This document shows, piece after piece, positions 63,963-64,000 of a stretch of DNA of 64,000 bases (position 1 is the stretch's first letter; each line of letters starts with the position of its first letter). This DNA is from Fistulifera solaris (lineage: Eukaryota): contig AP026127.1 in NCBI GenBank assembly GCA_030295235.1, forward strand, positions 1 to 64,000, written 5' to 3'. The translations under genes were made by a program, and so were the position numbers. The notes below the pieces were generated by a model that saw only the letters and a list, made by a program, of their open reading frames with translations, made no database searches and was not told the origin of the DNA.

Positions 63963-64000
63963 ATGAAGTTCAACGTTGCGTATTCGCTGTTTGCGCGCAA
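63963..64000 (+). CDS. 5' end of a probable seventh DUF285-family gene, truncated by the window edge
   Basis: ATG in an aaaATG context reading MKFNVAYSLFAR(N/K), which matches the SLFARN leader of the paralogs. Confidence 0.55.
   Translation, partial: MKFNVAYSLFAR

Overview
Left end of a eukaryotic chromosome: about 500 bp of (CCCTAA)n telomere, then a gene-dense subtelomeric arm with short GT-AG introns (about 60-120 nt). Gene content and bipartite targeting signals point to a pennate diatom, possibly Fistulifera-like (inference). The arm is dominated by secreted and surface proteins. These are a 12-intron, roughly 4,900-aa bacterial-type RTX/Ca-binding protein (5.3-21.2 kb), a fasciclin, a mucin-like protein, and seven DUF285/BspA-like repeat loci (five apparently functional copies with 6-13 repeats, one pseudogene, one running off the window edge). 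There are also three paralogous 11-cysteine secreted peptides and a CREG + Cys-rich membrane + beta-propeller trio that resembles a diatom iron-responsive cluster. Other features: pyruvate carboxylase with an in-frame TAG, an intron-containing SMR (EmrE-like) transporter, DUF1415, a CMC4-like protein, a truncated retroelement insertion with a 15-bp target-site duplication, and two inverted clusters of a CAGA-N3-TCTG palindrome. Many genes carry single-base indels in homopolymers, most likely consensus errors. All family assignments come from motif recognition only; no searches were run.
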